Source of the DNA: Candidatus Babeliales bacterium | Lineage (GTDB): Bacteria > Babelota > Babeliae > Babelales > Vermiphilaceae | Direction of reading: 5' to 3' | Assembly (NCBI GenBank): GCA_963743635.1 | Contig: CAVUQO010000002.1 | Location: forward strand, 480,001-544,000 | Length of the DNA stretch: 64,000 nt | Part shown: positions 1 to 9,760 of the stretch, in pieces | How the letters are laid out: every line of letters begins with the position of its first letter | How positions within the stretch are numbered: the first letter of the stretch is position 1 | Program-made: the position numbers and the translations under genes | Notes under the pieces: generated by a model | What the model was told of the DNA's origin: nothing | The model's input: only the letters and a program-made list of their open reading frames with translations | Databases searched by the model: none

Positions 1-11
1 TAGATTTTTTA

Positions 12-1538
12 TCATTGTATTGTCACCAGGACAGGAGTGCTTTCGCCAAGAATGCTGACGCTGGTTATCGAGAAATTTCTGCCATTATCACCATTTCCAA
101 GACGCATTGTTGAGGTGAGCGGTGAAGTTGCGAGTACATTGCTCACGAGTGTCGTGCCGTTATAGATGTTGTATGAAACAACGTTCGTGCTGCTGCTTGC
201 GGTCCAGGTGATGGTGAGAATGCGTTCTGTTTGATAAAGGAACACGTTGTTTGTGCGTGTACCAACAACGTTCGTAGGTGTGGATGGTGCTGGAGGAGTG
301 GGCAAAGGCGTCGAATAAAATGATGCATACGCATTTGAATCATTAGAGTCGAGCCAGGTAGACACAAATCCACGAGTATTGGCGCTCAATGCAACGGCGC
401 CTGTTATTGTGCTCGATTGGTTAGCCAAAATACAAGACATAGGCGTCCAATCGATGCCATTGTCCGTTGAGAGCAGCCATATAGGATTCCCATTAACATT
501 CCAAGTGGACATAAAGCCCGCTTGATTAGCAGCAACCCATGGAGCAAAACATGTACCACTACCAGGAATAGGATTAGTAAATGGTGGTGTTGAGGTAAAT
601 AAAGAAGCGGTTGCCCAATTGGCACTATTAGTACCGATTGAAAAAAGTGTTGCTCCTCCATTTATATTAGCGAGTGCGGCAGCTACAAAATATCCATTCA
701 ATTCGGCTACAGTAGGAACAGTTTCAAACTCACCTATGTTAACCATGGGATAAATGGTCGGTGAAGTTGGTGAAAAAGGATTAATTGATTCAAAATATGC
801 CGAATTTGTTTGATCGAGCCGTACGATCCAGGTAAGCATACAAGTATTGCCAACGACTACAGCGCTTACATATTGTTTTGGGGTTCCATTGACATTAAAT
901 ACTGATCCATCAAAAGTAACTTGAGTTGGAGAACTCCATGCTGCAGTTCCGGTCGAAAAACTCACATATAAATTCTGATCATTTCCTATCATTGCAGCAA
1001 CAAAGCCTGATGATCCTCCGCTGACGTACACACTCGAGTTAGCCAAGAGTGGTGCTAATGCAGATGTGTTAGGATTTATTTGCATTGCTGCGCTCCAATT
1101 AGTGCCATTATCGGTTGTAAAGCTTGACCAGGCATTGCCATAACCATCTACCCACGTGGCTAAGAAGCCAGAGGCATTTCCAGCTAAAAAAACATCGACA
1201 TTAGGTCCAACATCTCCCAGAGCGGGGGTTATTAAACCGGTTTGCCAGGTAGAGCCATCGCTTGAAAAACTATAATGAGCGGTATTGTAAGAATCTACCC
1301 ACGCCACCATGAAACCGGCAGCGGTTCCCGCAGAAACTACGTCGCTGATGACGATGCCAGAATCGCTTAAATTGATCGGTGTGCTCCATGGCGTCGTTGA
1401 AGGGCATGACATTGCATCTAATCTTGATGCTATGAGGAGTAGAACAATAAACAAAAAACTTCTTTTGAGTAACGGAGATGTTCCGTGTTGTCCTGAGGGC
1501 TTTTGGTTGAACAAACGTTCACCGTGCATCATCATCAT
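12..1538 (-). CDS. Exported protein with Asp-box (BNR/sialidase-like) repeats, Pro linker and C-terminal Fn3-like domain
   Basis: Hydrophobic signal ending LDA-M; repeats SSDGSTW, TTDNGTNW, STDNGIDW; PTPPAPSTP linker; C-terminal LTITWTAS..VVSYNIY domain shared with 16250..17908. Confidence 0.7.
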   Translation of the reverse strand: MMMMHGERLFNQKPSGQHGTSPLLKRSFLFIVLLLIASRLDAMSCPSTTPWSTPINLSDSGIVISDVVSAGTAAGFMVAWVDSYNTAHYSFSSDGSTWQTGLITPALGDVGPNVDVFLAGNASGFLATWVDGYGNAWSSFTTDNGTNWSAAMQINPNTSALAPLLANSSVYVSGGSSGFVAAMIGNDQNLYVSFSTGTAAWSSPTQVTFDGSVFNVNGTPKQYVSAVVVGNTCMLTWIVRLDQTNSAYFESINPFSPTSPTIYPMVNIGEFETVPTVAELNGYFVAAALANINGGATLFSIGTNSANWATASLFTSTPPFTNPIPGSGTCFAPWVAANQAGFMSTWNVNGNPIWLLSTDNGIDWTPMSCILANQSSTITGAVALSANTRGFVSTWLDSNDSNAYASFYSTPLPTPPAPSTPTNVVGTRTNNVFLYQTERILTITWTASSSTNVVSYNIYNGTTLVSNVLATSPLTSTMRLGNGDNGRNFSITSVSILGESTPVLVTIQ

Positions 1539-1663
1539 ATATATCCTTTTTTATTGGAGTGAGGTATGTGAATAAAAACATCATATGAGTTGGTATATCA
1601 AAGATATGCGGATGAGATCAAGTAAATCAGAATTAATGCGAGTCGAGGAGCTCATTTAAATGC

Positions 1664-1691
1664 AAAAATCCACGGAATCCCGTGGATTTTT
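1664..1691. terminator. Intrinsic terminator hairpin downstream of chaB
   Basis: aaaaatccacgg-aatc-ccgtggattttt inverted repeat. Confidence 0.7.
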
Positions 1692-1721
1692 ACTTAGATT
1701 GAGCTCGCGTTCGATGCATTA

Positions 1722-1919
1722 TTATTTTTGAACCCACTGACCATCTTCATCTTTTTTATATCGTTGTTTTACGGCAGACCACGCTACCTTAAAGGCTTGC
1801 TCTTCATTCCCGTATTCTTCATGAGCATTATTGAAAGCGGTACGAAAAATATCTTGGGCGTGTTCCGGTAAGATGTCGGAAATGTTTTTTGGAAGATCTG
1901 CATTGCTATAATAAGGCAT
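1722..1919 (-). CDS. chaB: ChaB family protein (putative cation transport regulator)
   Basis: MPY..N.DLP..LPEHAQDIF..AFN.A...AFKVAWSAVK..Y.K...GQW matches the ChaB consensus; GGAG RBS. Confidence 0.92.
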   Translation of the reverse strand: MPYYSNADLPKNISDILPEHAQDIFRTAFNNAHEEYGNEEQAFKVAWSAVKQRYKKDEDGQWVQK

Positions 1920-2175
1920 GAGTACTCCTTTGAGAGTTTGGTAATTAATTATTTTTTTGGTCGTTCAAAACGTAATCAATCTCTGTGTAGGCACGCTATC
2001 AGATCGCATCATGGTTATGCAATAGATCCTTGAACGAAATGGTCGGATCCTTGCCGGTTCGTGTAAAACCTCGTAGGAAAGGCGGTAACGTTGTGGAGAG
2101 CGACGTACCTATAGTAAAATAGGGAATGGATATGCTATTATGTTTCTATATTTCATCTTTCTAGAAAGGATAAAC

Positions 2176-2874
2176 ATGTTTAACATGAATAGCGAAACCA
2201 CGCAAAACGTTATGCAGAAGGTGTACGTATGGATGTGCACAGGCCTATTGATCAGTGCCGCTTCATCATACGGATTACTTTTCTTCCCTGAACTTTTAAC
2301 CACCATCTTCTCCTCAGTGTGGTATCTTTTTGGCATTTTTGCGCTGGAAATAGGGCTTGTGATATACATTTCGGCATACATTAATAAAATGCGCTATAGC
2401 ACTGCCGCATTCGCGTTTATGCTTTACTCATTTGTGAGTGGTATCACGCTTGCGCCGATCTTTATCATGTATGAAATGCCTTCTATCGCACTTACCTTTG
2501 CATGCACTGCCGGTATGTTTGGCGTTATGGCATTGTATGGGTATATCACTAAAACTGATCTGACCAGTATGGGCAACCTCATGATTATGGCGCTCTTGGG
2601 TTTGATCATCGCCTCACTTTCGAACTTGTATTTCCAGAATGGCACATTCGACTACATTCTTGCCTTTATAGGCGTCATTATCTTTACCGCATTAACGGCA
2701 TATGATGTGCAGAAGATCAAGCAGCTCATCCGTATGGTTGAGTATGAGGGAGATCAGGAGGCATATGGCGAGACAATTAGTAAGGTTGCACTCCTTGGCG
2801 CATTAACTTTATATCTTGATTTCGTGAACCTGTTCCTTAGTTTGCTCCGGTTGATGGGCAGAAGACGTGACTAA
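2176..2874 (+). CDS. Bax inhibitor-1/YccA family membrane protein
   Basis: Multi-TM; VMQKVYVWM, DLTSMGN, LTAYDVQKIK, GALTLYLDFVNLFL motifs; start placed at the ATG after AAAGGA. Confidence 0.92.
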   Translation: MFNMNSETTQNVMQKVYVWMCTGLLISAASSYGLLFFPELLTTIFSSVWYLFGIFALEIGLVIYISAYINKMRYSTAAFAFMLYSFVSGITLAPIFIMYEMPSIALTFACTAGMFGVMALYGYITKTDLTSMGNLMIMALLGLIIASLSNLYFQNGTFDYILAFIGVIIFTALTAYDVQKIKQLIRMVEYEGDQEAYGETISKVALLGALTLYLDFVNLFLSLLRLMGRRRD

Positions 2875-2901
2875 GTAAAACATTCGATTATAAAATTAGA
2901 T

Positions 2902-2927
2902 CCCCACGAGAAATCGTGGGGTTTTTT
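2902..2927 (+). terminator. Intrinsic terminator
   Basis: ccccacga-gaaa-tcgtgggg followed by T-run. Confidence 0.8.
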
Positions 2928-2970
2928 ATTGAGTGGCGAAGCCCGACGTAGTTTGCCGAGCCGGAAGGCC

Positions 2971-3074
2971 CCGTCGTCGCCTACGGCTATGCCGGACGCT
3001 GCCGGATTCATGAAGACAGGACCGGCCTGTCAGGCGTAGCTCCAAAAAGGAGCGAAGACTGAATAAACGTAGAC
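2971..3074 (+). repeat. GC-rich intergenic REP-like element, copy 1
   Basis: Aligns with the reverse complement of 60867..60948; two internal hairpins. Confidence 0.75.
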
Positions 3075-3221
3075 GAGGGAATTTTTTTTATAGCAAGACT
3101 TATTAGGCAATGCGCATAAGGGGCGCGCAAATTTGTGCACTGTTTACAACAGGGCGCTATATATATACGTATTTCTATGATAAAATGCTCATATATTATG
3201 AACTTTTAATCGTCTATTTCT

Positions 3222-5636
3222 ATGAAACATTACGTTGTCGCCTATTTTCTTGTAGTATCTTTATGGCTTGGTAACTTGCATGCGGCTCCTTCATTTGCGC
3301 AGGTGTGCAATACGCTCTATATCAACTGGTATGATAATCCCCTTCGTACTCATGATTTTCACGATGAAATTTTGCATTCGATACAGAAGAATGACTCTCT
3401 TTTTATGAATCAGGTCATTGAGCATAAAGCATCAAAAAATCAAAAAATGATGCTCTCCGCTGCGCATATTAAGGCAGCGGTTGCGCGTAACCGCTATGAT
3501 GTCCTTAATCAGGATGGCACTGAATTTTCGCCTGCGGCAGTAGAAGATGATGCGCCGATTATGAAGGCGCTCGATGTGTTAAAGAATGCGCAGGATATTA
3601 AGGTGGCGCAAGATACTGTTGCGCAGGATGCGAGCTTTTTTGTTGGTAATGTGTTGCAGCAGAAAAAGAACTATAGCGTGCCTTTGTTGCAAAAAATTGC
3701 TGATTCATGTTCTTCAAAAGAAGTTTTTAGCTACGTTGTTCGCCATATCAAGGATTTGCAAAAGAAACTGGAAGCGTGTGTAGCAAACAATCAGGAAAAT
3801 GAAGAATGTAAAAATCGTTCTGGCCAATTAGTTGCGCGTTATGGAGCTCTCAATGCGGGCATGATCAAGAATATGTTTTGTACTTCGCTAACACCTACCT
3901 TGCATGCAGCATTGCTGAGGCATTGCAAGAGTGAGCTGAAAGATGAACTGCCGCGTATGTCTTATGAAGATAAAAAGAGGTATGTGGATTATAATTATCG
4001 CGAACTTATAAAGATAGTTTCTGATGATCAAGCAAGCGAGCTCGTTATGGATGCTCTATCCCTTCCTGCAATATTACGTGATCCTGTAGTGAAAAAACGA
4101 GTTGTAGAAGCTGCTTTCAAAATAGACAATATCATTGATCTATTAGATCGTTTGTTACTTGCGTCAGAGAATGATGGGGCGGAGAATAGACAGCCACTGC
4201 AATATCATGAGCAATGTATGATGCCATGGAAGCTGAATTATGATGCTAACGTAGTGGATCTGGTGCGCGGGATGAGACTTTCAGAAGAAGATCGTCGAAT
4301 TCTGGAGGAGAAGATAAAAAACGCACTGGATGACGAAGACTATCATATTGTAGAAGCATTATTCACTCTATGCCCATTGCTCAGCAACAAGGATGCTAAA
4401 GAGATAGAGCCTCTCTTAGCGGAAATACGCCAAAAATATGAGATTTTCAAAGATGCTTGGACATTTCATAGAATAAGTGAGAATTTTCTCGTTGCTCCAT
4501 TAAATAAAGGCACTTTAAGTTCATTATGGCATACAGTTTTGCATGAATCATTTTTTGATCCTATATTGGGGCATATTGCGTATGGATTAACTAAAAGCAA
4601 GATAGGTGATATTGCGGCCAATAGTGATAATCCATTTGTTCAAAAAGTATTTGCAGATCATCACAATCAGGATAACCCTGATTATCATCAGGATGGTATA
4701 CGAGCGGCATGTGCCCATCCTTTAATCCTGAAAGAAGCACTTACTTATCTTGATTATTTAATTGATAGGTATCAAACACAGAATGAGAGGGCTCATAAGT
4801 GCTGCATATGTTTAGAGCCCTATAATGCATTGACTTTTCAAGGGCAGATTTCTGGATTAGGGCCGGATGCGCCACAACCACAAGGTAAGAAGAAGATAGC
4901 TATTACGTATTGTGGTGAAAATCATACCATGTGTGTGGCCTGCTGTAATAATCCGCATTTAGTAGCGTGTCCTTTGTGTAGAGAGGCGTTAGATGTAGGT
5001 GTAAAGATTATGCACTGTCAAATCTGTACGTCTGCCGTTAATGATAATAGGTTTGTTTATTGCAAAGAATGTGATTCAGTGGGTGTAATATGCGATAGTT
5101 GCTCTCACGTTCCCTGTTGTAAAAAAGCGATATTGCCGGCAGATGCCGTTGATAAGGCTTCAATCTTGAAGCATGTCGAAACCATTACTCAAAGACTAGA
5201 ACAGGACCTTGCAGAAGTTATAAGGCAACAAGGGGCATCTTATGGGAGAGCGCGTAATGCCATAGTTGCAGAGGCGGTGCAAGCGGAAGTGGTGATGAGC
5301 AATCATAGGCAAGTATTGGAAAAACGTATCGGAGAGTTGGGGGATGAACTTGAGCGCAGAGAGAAATCTTTAAATATACTTCGATTGCACGTATCCCTGC
5401 GATCACAGCTTCACAGAGGAGCTGATGACGCTAAGATTGCCGCATATAACAAGCTTGTAGTGGAATACAATCAGCTGCTAGCTCAACACAAAAGCAATCT
5501 TGCTGACACTGAACGATTGCGCAGTTCATATAGGGAGAGGGAGGTTGGTCTTAATCGGACTTGCGCTCATAACATTGCGAATTTAAGGCAATCTCATCAA
5601 ACATTGATAGCTGATCTTAGGGCATTGATCAAATGA
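3222..5636 (+). CDS. Exported protein with RING-type zinc finger, second Cys-rich domain and C-terminal coiled coil (putative E3 ligase effector)
   Basis: Signal peptide (NLHA); C-x2-C (CCICLE)...CGENHTMCVAC...CPLCR; further CxxC pairs; heptad-rich C-terminus. Confidence 0.65.
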   Translation: MKHYVVAYFLVVSLWLGNLHAAPSFAQVCNTLYINWYDNPLRTHDFHDEILHSIQKNDSLFMNQVIEHKASKNQKMMLSAAHIKAAVARNRYDVLNQDGTEFSPAAVEDDAPIMKALDVLKNAQDIKVAQDTVAQDASFFVGNVLQQKKNYSVPLLQKIADSCSSKEVFSYVVRHIKDLQKKLEACVANNQENEECKNRSGQLVARYGALNAGMIKNMFCTSLTPTLHAALLRHCKSELKDELPRMSYEDKKRYVDYNYRELIKIVSDDQASELVMDALSLPAILRDPVVKKRVVEAAFKIDNIIDLLDRLLLASENDGAENRQPLQYHEQCMMPWKLNYDANVVDLVRGMRLSEEDRRILEEKIKNALDDEDYHIVEALFTLCPLLSNKDAKEIEPLLAEIRQKYEIFKDAWTFHRISENFLVAPLNKGTLSSLWHTVLHESFFDPILGHIAYGLTKSKIGDIAANSDNPFVQKVFADHHNQDNPDYHQDGIRAACAHPLILKEALTYLDYLIDRYQTQNERAHKCCICLEPYNALTFQGQISGLGPDAPQPQGKKKIAITYCGENHTMCVACCNNPHLVACPLCREALDVGVKIMHCQICTSAVNDNRFVYCKECDSVGVICDSCSHVPCCKKAILPADAVDKASILKHVETITQRLEQDLAEVIRQQGASYGRARNAIVAEAVQAEVVMSNHRQVLEKRIGELGDELERREKSLNILRLHVSLRSQLHRGADDAKIAAYNKLVVEYNQLLAQHKSNLADTERLRSSYREREVGLNRTCAHNIANLRQSHQTLIADLRALIK

Positions 5637-5753
5637 AGATGTGATCCTCTGGTGCCCCGATAAGCAGCATGTCCCTGCGTGAAGGCGACTATCTTTTTTT
5701 ACTCATTTTTTTACAATAGTTAAAGTTAGTTACCGTATGTAGGAGAGTACATT

Positions 5754-7943
5754 ATGAACAAAGGATTAATTATTATGTCTTTACTTGCAGTAAATTCTGC
5801 ACGCGATGCTCATTCCATGGACGCTCGCCTGCAAGCGCCGCCTTCCGGCGTTGAATGTTTTCATGAGATTGCAACCCAATATAACACTCAGCTTCCAGAT
5901 CTATGGAATAGCCTTACTCCAGAAGAACGTATATTTGCCTATTACATGACGCGTGCAAGCATTCCCGGCAACCGTATTATGGCTGATCAAAAGCATCGGC
6001 ACGCGGTAGAAATTATCGATCATTTTCATACGATTCTTGATAAAAAAGAGCAGGTAAAAGAGCGTTGCGGTGATGATATGGACGTTGATCAATTTATGCG
6101 TGATGCAGAGCTTTATTCAGTGTATCTTTTCGCGCATCATGGTCACTATTTCTTGAAAGAATTTGCTGATCACAAACGCACACCATCGCGCCTTAATCTT
6201 AAAACATTAACGCCGGAGAATATTTCTAAGGCATTGCAGGCAGTAGGGGTGCCAGAGGCGTCTGCCGTGGTTAACCGATTACATGCATCGATGTTTGATG
6301 CTCAGCATGAACCGACACTCGTAGTGGATGGCAGTATCGAGCAAAGCGCGGGCAACAAATATAGTCCTGATTTTACGCAGGCTGATTTTGAAAGCATGCT
6401 ACCGGAACTTAAGTGCGCGTTAAACGCTTATTTTTACATTGATCAAACTGATGGTAAGCGTGTGCCTAAAGTTCAAATTCATAAAGTTGGTGGTAGATAC
6501 TCAGACGAATTGGATGTTGCGCATCATTGGTTAAGTAAGGCATATGAGCATGCTCGAAAGCATCCAGCACATTTTGATGAACATATTCCCAAAAGCCTGG
6601 CGCACATGCTTGTTTACTTAAAGAGCGGCGATGAAAATGATTTTAAGAAATTTTCGATCGAATGGTTAAAAACAAACAGTCGCATCGATTTCAATTTTGG
6701 TTTTATAGAAACGCTTGATGATCCATTGGCGTATCGCGGCTCGTTTGAAGCGGACGTGACTATTAAGGCTGTCGATATGAAGAAATTAAATGCATTGCTT
6801 CCTGCGCTTGAGCGTCAATTGCCTTTCCCTGATGCATTCAAACGTCAAAATTTAGAGGATACATCGGCAATACCCAATGCTTCCGTGAATGCAAAAGTAT
6901 TTGCATCCGGTGATGCGGGCCCGGTGAAGTGTACAGCAGCCTATTGCTTGCCTAACTATACGGAAATTCGTGCAGCACATGGATCAAAGCAGATTATGTA
7001 TCAGCAGGGTAAAGGGCTTGGTGAACTGGTTAATCCAGAATTAGCATGCAATTTATTCTACATTAAAGAACACAAAGAGTGGCTTGCAAAACATGATTCT
7101 GAACGGCAACTTGCGCGTGATATATGGGATATGCATGTGGTGTTGCATGAAACATTAGGGCATGGCAGTGGCAGAAGTACGCAGCATACGTTTGTAGAAG
7201 GTGATCCGCTCACGATTGGCGGCGTAACCTACGCAGTGGGCGATGTTATTGACGTAACGAGCGACAATAGAACAGAGTTTTTTGGCAAATATGATGGTGC
7301 ATTTGAAGAATTGCGTGCAGAAATTCTTGCACTCTACACGAGTATGTATAATTTTGATGCACTGGCTGCGGGTGGTTTATACAAAGATTGGCCGGCAAAA
7401 CTGAGCAAAGAGACGCTTCAGGAATGGTGTATTCTTGAAATGGGATATTTAGCATTGCGTCGATTACTTGTACAGCCAGATGATGCTACCGAGATCGCAC
7501 AGGCTCATGCGCGTGCTGACACCGCTATTTTCAACTACTTGCTTGACCATGGTGGTTTAGAGCTCGTGGAAGAACAGTATGATGTTAACGGCGTGCCGCA
7601 TACCGTTGTGGGCGTACGCGTAACTGATCTTGCAAAAGCAATGGCAGCCGTCAAAGATATGGCATGCGAAGTGCAGCGCTGTACATCAACTGCTGATGGA
7701 TTGGGCGTTGAGAAGATTATGAAAACCTATGGCGTGTGCGTGCGACATCCGGAATACATTAAAATATTGAAAGCTAATCGTAAGGCTGCGCAGGGAGACT
7801 TGATCGAAGTTGCAGAAATATTCCCACGCTTAACTCCGATTAAAGATGCCGACAATGCGGTGGTGGATGTTGCCGCTGAATGGCCACACAGTTTCCTTGA
7901 ACAACAGCTTGAATTGCATAAGCTTGCGTTTTCTAAAGAGTAA
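5754..7943 (+). CDS. Dipeptidyl peptidase III (peptidase M49)
   Basis: HETLGH (HEXXGH) followed by GSG, downstream EELRAE, GFIET..DP...RGSFE, QAHARA. Confidence 0.9.
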   Translation: MNKGLIIMSLLAVNSARDAHSMDARLQAPPSGVECFHEIATQYNTQLPDLWNSLTPEERIFAYYMTRASIPGNRIMADQKHRHAVEIIDHFHTILDKKEQVKERCGDDMDVDQFMRDAELYSVYLFAHHGHYFLKEFADHKRTPSRLNLKTLTPENISKALQAVGVPEASAVVNRLHASMFDAQHEPTLVVDGSIEQSAGNKYSPDFTQADFESMLPELKCALNAYFYIDQTDGKRVPKVQIHKVGGRYSDELDVAHHWLSKAYEHARKHPAHFDEHIPKSLAHMLVYLKSGDENDFKKFSIEWLKTNSRIDFNFGFIETLDDPLAYRGSFEADVTIKAVDMKKLNALLPALERQLPFPDAFKRQNLEDTSAIPNASVNAKVFASGDAGPVKCTAAYCLPNYTEIRAAHGSKQIMYQQGKGLGELVNPELACNLFYIKEHKEWLAKHDSERQLARDIWDMHVVLHETLGHGSGRSTQHTFVEGDPLTIGGVTYAVGDVIDVTSDNRTEFFGKYDGAFEELRAEILALYTSMYNFDALAAGGLYKDWPAKLSKETLQEWCILEMGYLALRRLLVQPDDATEIAQAHARADTAIFNYLLDHGGLELVEEQYDVNGVPHTVVGVRVTDLAKAMAAVKDMACEVQRCTSTADGLGVEKIMKTYGVCVRHPEYIKILKANRKAAQGDLIEVAEIFPRLTPIKDADNAVVDVAAEWPHSFLEQQLELHKLAFSKE

Positions 7944-7986
7944 TCTTGAGATGCGTATAATGCGATAGCAAGGAAGTCTTACACAT

Positions 7987-8023
7987 AAAAAAATCCTCAC
8001 GAGAAATCGTGGGGATTTTTTTT
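7987..8023. terminator. Intrinsic terminator
   Basis: aaaaaaatcctcacga-gaaa-tcgtggggatttttttt; same core as 2902..2927. Confidence 0.8.
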
Positions 8024-8085
8024 GGAAAAGGAGTACAATGTAGTCGGTATTTACGTGAAACAACCAGAATATGAGGAAATGAATT

Positions 8086-8721
8086 ATGAAAAAAAATCTG
8101 ATAGTGATGATCTTGAGTGCTTTATGTATGAGCGCAGTGCCTGCGCATGCGGTGAAGCAAAATGAGCCGATTCCAAAGGCTTTAGGTTTTGCAGCGATGG
8201 TATCTTTGATGGCACCGATTGAATTTGCTGTTCTTTCAAAAATAGATCGGGGAGTTGGATTTTGGCAAAGCATAAGTGATCCGACCTTATGGGCAGCAGG
8301 TGCGGTTTGTGGCCTTGCTGCCGGAGCTCTATCGTACTATGTGTTAAGCCAATATACTCCGCAAGCAAAGTATGATTATGCTGTTAAGGTAAAAAAGGAT
8401 CTGGAAAAGCATCCGTTATATGTCTGTAGAAACAAATCTGATTTTGAAATGCGCTGTGCGATTAGAGAATATGCTCATAGTGCTGCTCATAAGGATATGG
8501 GATTGCCCTTTGTTGATGCAATGATTGTGCTATGTAACCGACAAGAAACACTCAAGCAAGCTCAGACATACCTTATTGAGGCTGTATCGGACATGCCGGG
8601 CGATAGTGCATTTGAGGAACAGTGTGCAAAATTAGCATCAGAAATAGATGTTGTGATATCAGAGCTTGAAGATCATATGGCGCGCATAATGTCTAACGCA
8701 AGATGGGCTCAAGAGATTTGA
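8086..8721 (+). CDS. Hypothetical exported/membrane protein, shorter tandem paralog
   Basis: Signal peptide AVPAHA; near-identical blocks with 8786..9733 (YTPQAKYDYAVKVKKDLEKHPLY). Confidence 0.7.
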   Translation: MKKNLIVMILSALCMSAVPAHAVKQNEPIPKALGFAAMVSLMAPIEFAVLSKIDRGVGFWQSISDPTLWAAGAVCGLAAGALSYYVLSQYTPQAKYDYAVKVKKDLEKHPLYVCRNKSDFEMRCAIREYAHSAAHKDMGLPFVDAMIVLCNRQETLKQAQTYLIEAVSDMPGDSAFEEQCAKLASEIDVVISELEDHMARIMSNARWAQEI

Positions 8722-8785
8722 TCCAGCAAAAAGATCAGATGTCGGCATATCGCTCAAAAACGTCCTATCTATAAGGGAATAACTA

Positions 8786-9733
8786 ATGAAAAAAAATCTG
8801 ATAACGATAATGTTGAGTGCTCTATTGTGTATTAATGCAGTGCCTGCGCATGCGGTGCGTCCAAGTGAACCGCTATATGTTAGTTTGGGGAGTGCTATCG
8901 GAGTATCTTTAATCGGCCCAATTGCGAGTGCTTGCTTTGGCCCCGGAAGTAGAAGTTTTGAGACGGCAATTAAAGATCCAAAATTATGGCAGGGATGGGC
9001 TGGGTTAGGGCTGGCGTATGGTGCTTTAGGATATTACGTGTTGAGCAAATATACTCCGCAAGCAAAGTATGATTATGCCGTTAAGGTAAAAAAGGATCTG
9101 GAAAAGCATCCGTTATATGCGTGTAAAAATAAATGCGGTCCTGAAGTGCGTCGTGCACTGAGAGAATATGCGAATAGTTTGAACCATGACACTCAGCGAT
9201 TGCCCTTTGTTGATGCAACGATTGCGCTCTTTAAGCAACATGTCACCTTAAAGAAAGCTCAGACATATCTCATTGAAGCTGTATCGGACATGCCGGGCGA
9301 TAGTACATTTGAGGAACAATGTGCAAAATTAGGATCAGAAATAGATGTTGTGCTATTGGAGCTCGAAAAGCATATTGTGCGTATCGTGTGTACAACAGAA
9401 TGGGTTGAAGACTTTGGATCCAGTCCGGCACAATGGGAATGCGCAATGCAATTTTTGTATGGAAATATACCGTCAATCAATGAAATTATTAATATGGTGC
9501 ATACACAAAAGCCAGACGCCGGCATATCGACTCGTAATATTTCTATTTTCTTTACCTGGCCATTTATATCCTCTCTTGAGGATTGGAGTGAGGCATCACC
9601 TGAAGCTACGATGCAAATACAGCAAGAAGAATGGAACAATAAGGAACGCGCTGATGAGCAAGAGAGTGATATCGTAATAAATGAGACTGTTGCGCATTGT
9701 GTGGAAGAAAGAACTCTGAAACGGTCTCGATAG
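8786..9733 (+). CDS. Hypothetical exported/membrane protein, tandem paralog
   Basis: Signal peptide AVPAHA, two hydrophobic segments, paralogous to 8086..8721. Confidence 0.72.
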   Translation: MKKNLITIMLSALLCINAVPAHAVRPSEPLYVSLGSAIGVSLIGPIASACFGPGSRSFETAIKDPKLWQGWAGLGLAYGALGYYVLSKYTPQAKYDYAVKVKKDLEKHPLYACKNKCGPEVRRALREYANSLNHDTQRLPFVDATIALFKQHVTLKKAQTYLIEAVSDMPGDSTFEEQCAKLGSEIDVVLLELEKHIVRIVCTTEWVEDFGSSPAQWECAMQFLYGNIPSINEIINMVHTQKPDAGISTRNISIFFTWPFISSLEDWSEASPEATMQIQQEEWNNKERADEQESDIVINETVAHCVEERTLKRSR

Positions 9734-9760
9734 AATGTTATTTGTATAAAGGAAAAATGA

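Noticed and set aside
2902..8023. Identical cacga-gaaa-tcgtgggg core at two sites as a mobile repeat
   Set aside because: Short, and fully explained as GAAA-tetraloop intrinsic terminators after genes.
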